NCBI GenBank assembly: GCA_031283685.1
Contig: JAITBI010000004.1
Coordinates: forward strand, 1-46,188
Direction: 5' to 3'
Length of the DNA stretch: 46,188 nt
DNA from: Puniceicoccales bacterium
Lineage (GTDB): Bacteria; Verrucomicrobiota; Verrucomicrobiia; Opitutales; JAIRKQ01
Made by a program: the position numbers and the translations under genes. This document shows positions 38,472-46,188 of this stretch, piece by piece. Below the pieces are notes generated by a model. That model ran no database searches, was not told where the DNA came from, and saw only the letters and a list, made by a program, of their open reading frames with translations. The first letter of the stretch is position 1; each line of letters starts with the position of its first letter.

Positions 38472-38632
38472 AAAACTGCCACTAGCTAATAATAATCATC
38501 CTTATAAATCGCAACCAAAAAATGAAGAAATTCAAATGTGTCTTAGACAATTGTCTGTTTAAATGGATGAAAAATTTATCTTTAAAGTTTTTGATTTAAA
38601 AATTTTTAGCAAAATGTAAAATATGTAGTTCC

Positions 38633-39181
38633 ATGGAAAATAAAACTTTTGTCGCGTGTGCAGAAAAAATTGCAGGAACGCTGGCTGGTAGAATGCTAAT
38701 TGCTCACCCCATATTGGAAGATGAACAGTTTGAAAAAACCATACTGTTCGTGGAATCTGATACCGGGAATAGTGTCACGGGAGTAATTTTGAACCGTCCA
38801 CTAAGTATTATGCTAAAAGCTTTGGGGAAAAATTTTGAAGATTTACCTATTAGCAACGTTCCGGTTTACCAGGGAGGTCCCTATGAGAACACGACGGTTA
38901 TGTTAACCGCCTGGGTATTCGATGATAGGCGAAAGGTCTTTGAAATTTATCACATGATTACTCCCGCAGAAGCTTTCAAGCTAGAAGAAACAAACAACAA
39001 TATTCAATTTCGAGCTTTTCTTGGATATTGTCAATTTGATCGACATATTTATGGTGATATAGAAAAAGGACTGTGGGTGGTTGGGTCTCCCAAAAGGCTA
39101 TTGGGCTCGACAGAACGTGAAGAAATCCTTTGGAAAACTATGCTATTGAAGGAAAATCCTAACGCACTAATTTATCGGTAA
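38633..39181 (+). CDS. yqgE: YqgE/AlgH-family protein (UPF0301)
   Basis: GRMLIAHPILEDEQFEKTILFVESDTGNSVTGVILNRP and YQGGP motifs. 182 aa. Confidence 0.8.
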   Translation: MENKTFVACAEKIAGTLAGRMLIAHPILEDEQFEKTILFVESDTGNSVTGVILNRPLSIMLKALGKNFEDLPISNVPVYQGGPYENTTVMLTAWVFDDRRKVFEIYHMITPAEAFKLEETNNNIQFRAFLGYCQFDRHIYGDIEKGLWVVGSPKRLLGSTEREEILWKTMLLKENPNALIYR

Positions 39182-39343
39182 TTCAGCCCTCCTTTTAAAG
39201 GGAAAAATAAATTTTTGCGCAAAGAGGATAGCTGAAATATTACATTGAGATTCGCTAGGGGCTCTACGATAAGATTAGATAAACCAACTAAATGAGATCA
39301 TTGAAGCTTTATTCTGCCAATATCAATAAATTTAAGACTTCAA

Positions 39344-42343
39344 ATGGTTGTTTTAGATGCTAACATATCTAGCATGATTGTTCGGAATGGTAGGGGAATG
39401 GCGCTAATCTTCGTGATTCTGGTTCTACTGTTCGTCGGTGGAATTTTTACAAACATTGCCACCTTTAATTACATAGAAATTTTACGCCTCAGGAAAGAAA
39501 CAAATGTCGATAGGGCGAAAGATATGGCCCTCTTTGCACTCGGTTTAGCCGTTGAAAAATTGCAAAGATTGACAGGATGCGATACCTGTGCGACGGCTTT
39601 GGCAGGATCAATTGGCAATGTCAGTGGGGGGAAAAAATATTATACTGGAGTTTGGGATAGTTCCGAAAAAAGATCCGGTGGTGAACAAAATTTTCTCGGG
39701 TGGTTGGTTTCCAATGAGAATTCAGAAAATTTTGATTCCATTTTTGACGATAAATCTGGGAAGATGGAAAAGATTTTTTCTTTTGGTATGGGCGATGATG
39801 TTTATATTAAACCGGTTGACCTGAAAAATTCCAATGAAGTGGTTGGACAATATGGCTTTTGGATATGCGATGAAAGTCAAAAAATAAAAATCAACCTGAT
39901 TGATAAATATTCACAATCTTCGAATTCTAGGGCCAGGAAAATTCGTTGCTGTTGTCCACAAACATTTGACGTTGATACGATTTTTGGGAAAAATAGTCGA
40001 ATAAAAAATAACTTTATCCTGACAAAAATCGATTTCCCAGAGCAGCTTTCCAACATAGAACCATCCGCCGAAAAAGTTTTTTCACAAAATAGGCACGTTC
40101 TGACCTTACATTCTTACGGAGTCTTGAGCGATGCTAAACGAGGAGGTCTTCGCCAAGACCTGTCCCAACTGGCAAATCGCAGAACTTCCAATGGTCTAAG
40201 TGGACAACGTTTATTCGCCTCACAAACGGAACTACCGGCCTATGTTCCCACGCTAGATTTCCTATTATCATTTTTTGATCTAGCCAATGGGTTTAAAAGC
40301 AATGGTATTCCGGTGTTTGCCACAGATCCGATGTTTCGGCCACAAATGCTTAAAAATTATGATGGAGCCACCATAGATTTTCCCGGGAACGATTTGCAGC
40401 CCGCGACAACGCACGGGATTTATCCTTTGCTAGTGCAATCGAACGTCAATATTGGAGTGGCTACCGTCGATGGACATTTCGCTTTTACTTTTATTCCACA
40501 AATTGTGCTTTGGAATCCCTATGATGTTGATTTACAGCCAACGAACTATGTGGTGGAGCTATGTGTGCCTTACAATGATCCGACCAATACGATTGGGTTG
40601 ACGTTGCTTGGGTTTAATAGCACACAGCAGAGCTTTGTGAATTTAGTGGCACGTAATTTAACGGATCCTCAGTCCGAAAATGATGTGTCTCCCATTTTAA
40701 AATTAAGATTTTTCTCAAGTTTTAGAGCTGGAGAAACCAAGGTTTTTTCATTGTCAAATTCCCAAGCAATTGATTGGAACAAAGGAAACCAATTATCTAA
40801 CGCGGATGACTTGTCAAATTTTACATACATGGATACTGGCGTTCCCGTTGGTGGATACACCACCATTAGATTACAGTGTAGAAATGCAAATGATGGTATT
40901 AATAAGTATTGGGATTGTTTTTACTGGAGGTTAAGGGGTGATGACGGTAAAATTTTGCAGGAGATTGCAGAATTAGATCCTCGTGGAAATGGAGGGATTG
41001 AATGCGAGCGTACGGTTTTTGGTGGAAATATTAATTGCTTTGCGTTCTGTTCTCGCATGAAATATGGCATTCGTAACGATGCTGATGGTGAAAATGGCAT
41101 ACGGTGGCTAGCCACGTGTAATCCGCGGGCCCAATATGTTAACCGTGCGGTTTGCCAAGGATATTCATCGATATTTTTCCATGGAGATTTTGCTTCGGGA
41201 AACTGGAATTGGGATACGCACATCATCGATTCGGCAACACCTGAAAGCTTGAACAAGGCAATGCTCAACTATTTGAATGGTTTGGTGTTATTTGACATTC
41301 CTGATGCAACTTATGGTATTTTGAACATTGGACACTTACGACATATAAATTTTTTGCCATTTGGGTATTTTTCGAGTCAAATTTTTGGCAGTTCGCGGGC
41401 AAGCCCATTTGTGCCAATAAATAAAACGTTCCATGAAAATACAGCGGTGTCTACGACCTGGCCATCCCATGGGAGGATCGAATCTCTCTACGATTATTCG
41501 TATTTACTAAACGGAGCTATTTTTGATAAATATTTTATTTCCACGGAAAGAGACCAGAATATTAGCGATGATAATTTGCCATCTCTGACGAATAAACGGT
41601 TCAAATTGTTAGAAAATGTATCATCGATGAATGGTGAAAATTTAGCGCAGACCTTATTGATTGACGGACCATTTAACGTAAATTCAAGAGCTCCAATCGC
41701 TTGGCAATGTGTTTTGTCATCGGTGAAAAATGATTACGACGATGTTATTTTTCCAAGATTTTACGATGAAAAATTGCTGAATAAAATGCCATCCTTTGAC
41801 GAACGAAAGATCAAAAATTTATCGGAAAAACTGATAGATTTGATGAAAAAGCGACACAAACCATTTTTCAGCATTGGTGAATTTGTAAATAGAACAATTG
41901 TAGAAAATCCGGCGCAGTGTAGTAGGGAAGGGGATTTGCAAAAAGCAATAGATGTTTCCAAACTGAATGCAAGCCTTGAAAACTATTACATCAATTTTTC
42001 CAAAAACATTCCATCCTACGATAACGTGTCGGCAAGTGGATTCTTGGAAGAAAATTTGCCAAATGTTGTCAATCAGGCGGATATTTTACAAACAACATCC
42101 CATTTTCTATGCACACGGGGCGACACCTTTTTAGTTCGTGCGGTTGGACATTGCATTGATTCCAGAGGTGAAATCATCGAACGAGCACGTTGTGAGGCAG
42201 TCGTTCAACGGGTTCCAGAGTATGTCAATAATAATGAAAATGCTCCGGATGATGAAGAAGAAAATTTGTCTAAGATAAACAAAAAATTTGGTCGTAGGTA
42301 TAGAATAATTCTATTCCGTTGGTTGGATAGCAGTGATATTTAG
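39344..42343 (+). CDS. giant GspK-like pseudopilin-associated protein (resembles the Verru_Chthon cassette protein A family)
   Basis: N-terminal hydrophobic segment RGMALIFVILVLLFVGGIF, as in minor pseudopilin GspK. GQYGFWICDESQKIKINL resembles the GspK D-E-x-x-K-I-N-x-N signature. C-terminal GDTFLVRAVGHCIDSRGEIIERARCEAVVQRVPEYV resembles the conserved tail of this family. Family name recalled from memory, not searched. Confidence 0.55.
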   Translation: MVVLDANISSMIVRNGRGMALIFVILVLLFVGGIFTNIATFNYIEILRLRKETNVDRAKDMALFALGLAVEKLQRLTGCDTCATALAGSIGNVSGGKKYYTGVWDSSEKRSGGEQNFLGWLVSNENSENFDSIFDDKSGKMEKIFSFGMGDDVYIKPVDLKNSNEVVGQYGFWICDESQKIKINLIDKYSQSSNSRARKIRCCCPQTFDVDTIFGKNSRIKNNFILTKIDFPEQLSNIEPSAEKVFSQNRHVLTLHSYGVLSDAKRGGLRQDLSQLANRRTSNGLSGQRLFASQTELPAYVPTLDFLLSFFDLANGFKSNGIPVFATDPMFRPQMLKNYDGATIDFPGNDLQPATTHGIYPLLVQSNVNIGVATVDGHFAFTFIPQIVLWNPYDVDLQPTNYVVELCVPYNDPTNTIGLTLLGFNSTQQSFVNLVARNLTDPQSENDVSPILKLRFFSSFRAGETKVFSLSNSQAIDWNKGNQLSNADDLSNFTYMDTGVPVGGYTTIRLQCRNANDGINKYWDCFYWRLRGDDGKILQEIAELDPRGNGGIECERTVFGGNINCFAFCSRMKYGIRNDADGENGIRWLATCNPRAQYVNRAVCQGYSSIFFHGDFASGNWNWDTHIIDSATPESLNKAMLNYLNGLVLFDIPDATYGILNIGHLRHINFLPFGYFSSQIFGSSRASPFVPINKTFHENTAVSTTWPSHGRIESLYDYSYLLNGAIFDKYFISTERDQNISDDNLPSLTNKRFKLLENVSSMNGENLAQTLLIDGPFNVNSRAPIAWQCVLSSVKNDYDDVIFPRFYDEKLLNKMPSFDERKIKNLSEKLIDLMKKRHKPFFSIGEFVNRTIVENPAQCSREGDLQKAIDVSKLNASLENYYINFSKNIPSYDNVSASGFLEENLPNVVNQADILQTTSHFLCTRGDTFLVRAVGHCIDSRGEIIERARCEAVVQRVPEYVNNNENAPDDEEENLSKINKKFGRRYRIILFRWLDSSDI

Positions 42344-42430
42344 TCCACTTCTGCCTTTTGTCATTTGGGAAATTAGCAAAACATTCCGGTGAAAATTCCC
42401 AAGCATTCAGTTTCTTCACTTGAAAAGATT

Positions 42431-42452
42431 GGGCGAGAAAATTATCTCGCCC
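42431..42452. terminator. GC-rich hairpin between convergent genes
   Basis: gggcgaga-aaatta-tctcgccc: 8-bp perfect stem, 6-nt loop. It lies between the 999-aa gene (+) and ruvX (-). The minus-strand reading is followed by aatctttt. No strong U-tract on the plus strand. Confidence 0.35.
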
Positions 42453-42609
42453 ATATAACTCTTATCAAACTAAATCTAACAGTAAAAGATTATCTCTTAC
42501 ATAAAAGTAAGACTTAGGAAATTGCGGTTTGTTCAAAAAATAAAAAATTTTTCGAAATTGGGTTCGAACCTATGGGTGTATGATTTTTAAAAATTTTCCA
42601 TGGGATCGG

Positions 42610-43071
42610 TCATTGCCCATTATTTTTCAATTCCAGTTCCCGCAAAAAATCCTCTAGGATGATCATGGCGGCCTGAGAATCGATAATTCCTCGATTGCGT
42701 CGCTTTCGCGTTCTAGAAGCCGATTGTTTCGTGTAGAATCTTTTTTGTTCGTCGATCGCTTGTTCGCTCGTTAGCCGTTCATCGACGAGATTGATTCTAA
42801 CACCACCTGGCAGCCTATTTGATAAAACTTCTATAAACCTATCCACCTGTTTCGCTTTGCCGCTCCGAGTTCCATCCATATTTATCGGATAGCCGATGGC
42901 GATTTCATCGATATTGTTTTCTTCCACTGTTGCATAAATTTTTTCTACTTTTTCGTCATAACATTTTGAAACTATGGCCTTCATGGGAAGTACAAGCTTA
43001 ACTTCCCCATGGCAGATACTAATTCCAACTCGCCTAGAGCCGTAATCTATACCAAGATAATTCACAGCCAT
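42610..43071 (-). CDS. ruvX: Holliday junction resolvase-like RuvX (YqgF)
   Basis: MAVNYLGIDYGSRRVGISI start and DERLTSEQA motif. ATG at 43071 preferred over the 35-codon extension in the track. Confidence 0.85.
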   Translation of the reverse strand: MAVNYLGIDYGSRRVGISICHGEVKLVLPMKAIVSKCYDEKVEKIYATVEENNIDEIAIGYPINMDGTRSGKAKQVDRFIEVLSNRLPGGVRINLVDERLTSEQAIDEQKRFYTKQSASRTRKRRNRGIIDSQAAMIILEDFLRELELKNNGQ

Positions 43072-43239
43072 AATGTCAAAAGATTTTTTCGGACATGTCA
43101 ACGGCCGTATTTTTATCGTTGTTCGGATTCGGTCAAATTTGGGCTTTTCTAAAGATTTTAAGCAATATTTGCCCAATAAAATTTGTTGAATTTATAAACT
43201 TTTTGATTAGTACTTAGAGAGTATAGTTCTTTGCAATTT

Positions 43240-43617
43240 GGGGGTGCCATGGATTCGATTGTGTATTGTAGATCAACATTGCATGTCGGAGTTGACGGTC
43301 GGCTTCGTTACCAAACCGTTAAATAAATAAATGGCAACAATGTCATAAATGTTGACTTCAGCAATGGAGTCAACAGAGCTGCAGCTTAGCCGCAGTGCAT
43401 CATCCTGTCTGATGCTCGATGGGGCAGGTATGGTGTCGATCTATCGAGCGTCTCTGTGGAATTTCGCAGTGTGCCATGGAGATAATTTGCACTGCGATGG
43501 TCCTAGTGTGATGTGTCGATGCATGATGTTAGGATGAGAGTCAATCATTGGACAAACATGTAGGCGTGTTTTTCGAAGATACACAAGACGCGGGTTCAAT
43601 TCCCGCCACCTCCACCA
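43240..43617 (+). ncRNA. ssrA: transfer-messenger RNA (tmRNA, SsrA)
   Basis: 5' GGGGGUGCCAUGGAUUCGA pairs with 3' CACCUCCACCA, giving a 7-bp acceptor stem with a G3:U wobble. T-arm GCGGGUUCAAUUCCCGC. Internal tag frame 43333-43389 encodes GNNVINVDFSNGVNRAAA-stop after AAAUAAAUAAAU. Confidence 0.9.
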
Positions 43618-43826
43618 GTAATAGCCGTATGTTTTGTTGGCAACGATGTTAATATTTATATATTTTTGTTGACACAAAATTATTGGAGAGTAGACTATCC
43701 GCCGTTAAGGTACGGTAATGGACGGGCAGAACGGGTTTTTGAAGCCGCCGATGGGGTGGTGGAAAAAGTTTTCCTATTCTTTTACTTAATCGTTAATATC
43801 GTTAGAAGTTTACGGGAAGGGTACAG

Positions 43827-44435
43827 ATGGTTAGTGTAAAGCAAAGGACACGACGTAAGTTTATAAATAGCCTGCCACTAGGGGCTAAATTGGACTACAA
43901 GGAAAGCGTCGACAAGCTACATGCAGATGTCATGGGAAAAGTAACCGCCTCACAGGAAAAGGTGGAAGAAGCTTTAGCTCAAAATACAAAGCTGGCGAAA
44001 CAGATACGGGATGTTTTGGCCAAGCAAGAAAAAGTTTTGGCTATACTGGATTACAAGCCGAGTGAAGGAAATCCTGTTGTTAAACGTTTTAAGGATAAGC
44101 TGTCGGGGATCGATGACTTGGCAAAACTTACCCGGGAGCATGAGATGAGGATATGCGATACTCTTGGGTTGACTCCGAAAGGTGGCTGGGAACAAGCACT
44201 TGCTCGCCTTGAAAAACCAGCAAAAGAAGGAAGGACGATGGGAGAGATTTCAAAAATTCTGCTCCATGAAGAAAAATCCGAAGGATCATCGGATACGGAC
44301 CATGCAAAACCAGAAAAATCTCCCGAAAGCGGAGAAAATATTTCCTCTGCAGATGTGGAAAAAAATTCTTCCGACAAACGCAAGCCAAAAACTTCCGGAA
44401 GTTCTAAACGGGCAATAAAAAGGGTGAGAATATAG
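43827..44435 (+). CDS. hypothetical basic coiled-coil protein with lysine/arginine-rich C-terminus
   Basis: 202-aa ORF, K/E-rich helical centre. C-terminal DKRKPKTSGSSKRAIKRVRI (44373-44432). A TTGACA at 43668-43673 is a possible upstream promoter element. No family recognised. Confidence 0.55.
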   Translation: MVSVKQRTRRKFINSLPLGAKLDYKESVDKLHADVMGKVTASQEKVEEALAQNTKLAKQIRDVLAKQEKVLAILDYKPSEGNPVVKRFKDKLSGIDDLAKLTREHEMRICDTLGLTPKGGWEQALARLEKPAKEGRTMGEISKILLHEEKSEGSSDTDHAKPEKSPESGENISSADVEKNSSDKRKPKTSGSSKRAIKRVRI

Positions 44436-44468
44436 TGGGTATTAATTTTTAACGGTGGGAGGTAAGAT

Positions 44469-46188
44469 ATGTCTGGTAGCGTAGAGATAAACACTGGCGG
44501 ATATGCAATTACGCAGGATGATATCGATATGGTGACCAATCCTTTTTTGGATTTGGATAAGGCGTTTGGTGCAACTTTCTATTTTTTAGAAGGGCAATAC
44601 GACCAAATTGTTTTGGAAAAGATTTTTGTCATATTAAATTCTTGTAATCCGACGACACTGGAGAACATAAATGATAAAAAAGGAGCAGTAGGTACCGCTG
44701 CAGAAGCTTACAATGAGGCGGTAGCGAATGATATGATCTTTCAGGAAATAGGGGCTTATAATATAGCAGACCTAATCGCAAGTTTGGAAGCCACTTATAC
44801 CGTGAACGGCATTTCCCCATCAAATGGTTTGAGTTCTTGTCGATCACTCATTGACATTGCTTATGCTAATGTTTTGTCCCTCGTCTGCAACCTCTACGAG
44901 GAAGCGATAGGCAGTATTGATTTGACGAATCCTAACTTTGCCGGAAACACGGACTTGTCGACTCTTAAAACACAGCTGGATACAAATGTAATTAATCTGA
45001 AAACTAGTCTGCAAACGCAATTTAACATTAATTTGAGTGACCTTAAAAATAGCTTGAATACGAACATACCCCTAGATGCTCTGAAGACAGCCTTGGAAGG
45101 AATAGTGGAGGGATTGTCCGATGGAGATAATAAAAACAACATCAATGCGGCCATAACTGCAATCAATACCTATAACACAACCAAAAATGATACTAATTTG
45201 CAAGCTGTCAAAACAGCATTAGATGCCATCAAAGATTATACTGAACTTTCAACTGCGAAAACATCGGTTGCAAATGCAATAGCCGTCATCGCTGCCATAG
45301 ACGCAATCAATACCTATGACACAACCAAAGATGATACTAATTTGCAAGCTGTCAAAGCAGCATTGGAGGCTATCACTGGTCTTAGTGGAGTCTCCACACA
45401 AATATCAATCCCAGGGATGATAAGCAGCATAGGTACTTACTTCATAATTGGAGAAGCTCAGGCTGCCATTACCACATTTAGAAGCTACGGAGGAAAGACC
45501 AAACTTAATTTGGATGCTGTTGTGGCCAAACTTTCAGCCCTAAATACAGCAATAGATGGATTCCCGGCTAACCTAAAAACAACTTATTATACAGATTTAA
45601 AGAATGCGATTAATATCGCAACTAGCCGAACAAGCGGAATGCGCTCTAAATTAAATGGTTTGAGTGATGCTATCAATGCCTACAAGGGGGCAACGTCCCT
45701 AATAGCAACTCCAGATCTTTTTCAGGAAATTAAACGTGCTTTTAATGCGTTTGCCGATGGTGAAATACAAACACAGTTCGTCGATTCCGAACTTACTGAT
45801 TTAGACGATCGTCTTAATACTTGCAACTCGAGTATTGGTGCCATATTTTCTTCATTTGAAGGTTTTTACGAAAACTTAAATACCTTCATTACAATTTGCC
45901 AAAACGATACAGTTAGGGGGTTGCTGACTATTACCGAACAACAGCAATACTATGAAGGAAATCCACTCACACTCAAAGGTGCCCTGACATATGCTAATCT
46001 TAACGCTTTGTGTAATACTTTGAATAGACATTTAAATGACATATCAGGTGCCGTTACAACAGCAAAAACGGCCTTGGAGAAAGCTAATACAGATTTGGAA
46101 GGGGCATTGAAAGGTTTTAGCTCCGCTGCAAATCCCAATGACCTACTCAACCTGTGCATGATGGCATCAACGCCGAAACCGCAAGCGG
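44469..46188 (+). CDS. large helical repeat-containing hypothetical protein, 5' part only (runs off right edge)
   Basis: ATG at 44469 preceded by GGGAGG (44458-44463). I translated all 573 codons to the window end and found no stop. Absent from the ORF track because it has no in-window stop. N/T/L/A-rich helical sequence with an internal 48-aa-period repeat. Confidence 0.65.
   Translation, partial: MSGSVEINTGGYAITQDDIDMVTNPFLDLDKAFGATFYFLEGQYDQIVLEKIFVILNSCNPTTLENINDKKGAVGTAAEAYNEAVANDMIFQEIGAYNIADLIASLEATYTVNGISPSNGLSSCRSLIDIAYANVLSLVCNLYEEAIGSIDLTNPNFAGNTDLSTLKTQLDTNVINLKTSLQTQFNINLSDLKNSLNTNIPLDALKTALEGIVEGLSDGDNKNNINAAITAINTYNTTKNDTNLQAVKTALDAIKDYTELSTAKTSVANAIAVIAAIDAINTYDTTKDDTNLQAVKAALEAITGLSGVSTQISIPGMISSIGTYFIIGEAQAAITTFRSYGGKTKLNLDAVVAKLSALNTAIDGFPANLKTTYYTDLKNAINIATSRTSGMRSKLNGLSDAINAYKGATSLIATPDLFQEIKRAFNAFADGEIQTQFVDSELTDLDDRLNTCNSSIGAIFSSFEGFYENLNTFITICQNDTVRGLLTITEQQQYYEGNPLTLKGALTYANLNALCNTLNRHLNDISGAVTTAKTALEKANTDLEGALKGFSSAANPNDLLNLCMMASTPKPQA
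45147..45364 (+). repeat. intragenic direct repeat (about 74 nt, two copies, 144-nt period)
   Basis: gcaatcaatacctataacacaaccaaaaatgatactaatttgcaagctgtcaaaacagcatt (45159-45220) versus 45303-45364 with 3 mismatches. Encodes AINTYNTTKNDTNLQAVKTALDAI and AINTYDTTKDDTNLQAVKAALEAI. Confidence 0.85.

Noticed and set aside
42560-42570. tRNA-like T-arm sequence GGGTTCGAACC in the 999-aa-gene / ruvX spacer
   Set aside because: No acceptor, D or anticodon arms can be built around it on either strand. The surrounding sequence is A/T homopolymer-rich. It is a chance match or at most a tiny remnant.
43441-43677. 78-aa minus-strand ORF and 62-aa plus-strand ORF (43349-43537) from the ORF track
   Set aside because: Both lie inside the tmRNA gene, whose acceptor stem, T-arm and tag frame are clear. 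They are spurious frames through a structured RNA.
43618-43826. Prophage or integrative element attachment site at the tmRNA 3' end
   Set aside because: There is no integrase gene next to the tmRNA and no copy of the tmRNA 3' terminal sequence in the 2.5 kb available downstream. GGGGTGGTGG at about 43750 is only a loose inverse resemblance. An island remains possible but is not demonstrated.
44051-44539. 162-aa minus-strand ORF overlapping the 202-aa plus-strand ORF
   Set aside because: Its Ser/Phe/Leu-rich composition is the typical antisense shadow of a Lys/Glu-rich gene. It has no RBS, and it would also overlap the start of the long 44469 ORF.
1-46188. CRISPR arrays, IS elements or transposases, rRNA/tRNA genes, stop-codon reassignment
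   Set aside because: I saw no regularly spaced direct repeats, no transposase-like ORFs or terminal inverted repeats, and no tRNA or rRNA signatures apart from the tmRNA. TAA, TAG and TGA all terminate well-recognised genes (TGA ends sctC, TAG ends comM, TAA ends asd), so the standard code applies.

Overview
AT-rich (by eye) Gram-negative chromosomal segment. It is mostly housekeeping genes: ispE, asd, glyQS, recD2, hldD, nrdR, a pyrimidine-nucleoside phosphorylase, comM, fabV, hisS, sufT-like, lptF/G, dapB, bamA, dnaB, rplI, ssb, rpsF, pth, rplY, yqgE, ruvX and a tmRNA. Fragments of a non-flagellar type III secretion system are scattered among them. One is a YscB-like chaperone translationally coupled to the secretin sctC (4.1-6.4 kb). 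Another is a needle gene sctF plus a TPR-like SctG-type partner with its own promoter (21.2-22.0 kb). A third is a solitary CesT-like chaperone directly upstream of a GNAT acetyltransferase (27.6-28.7 kb). There is also a second, non-T3SS secretin (14.1-16.1 kb) and a solitary 999-aa GspK-like giant pseudopilin-type protein (39.3-42.3 kb). These two resemble PVC/Verrucomicrobia-type proteins, so I infer a host-associated PVC-superphylum organism with Chlamydia-like dispersal of T3SS genes. This is inference only. The least explained regions are these. (i) The locus after the tmRNA holds a basic 202-aa protein with an NLS-like tail and a >573-aa repeat-containing helical ORF that runs off the window and is missing from the ORF track. 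(ii) A tandem pair of membrane-anchored FkbM-type methyltransferases shares a duplicated 165-bp promoter plus signal-anchor module, and the second copy is frameshifted. (iii) A membrane-anchored cytidylate-kinase-like protein has a degenerate P-loop. All family calls come from motif recognition by eye; no searches were run.
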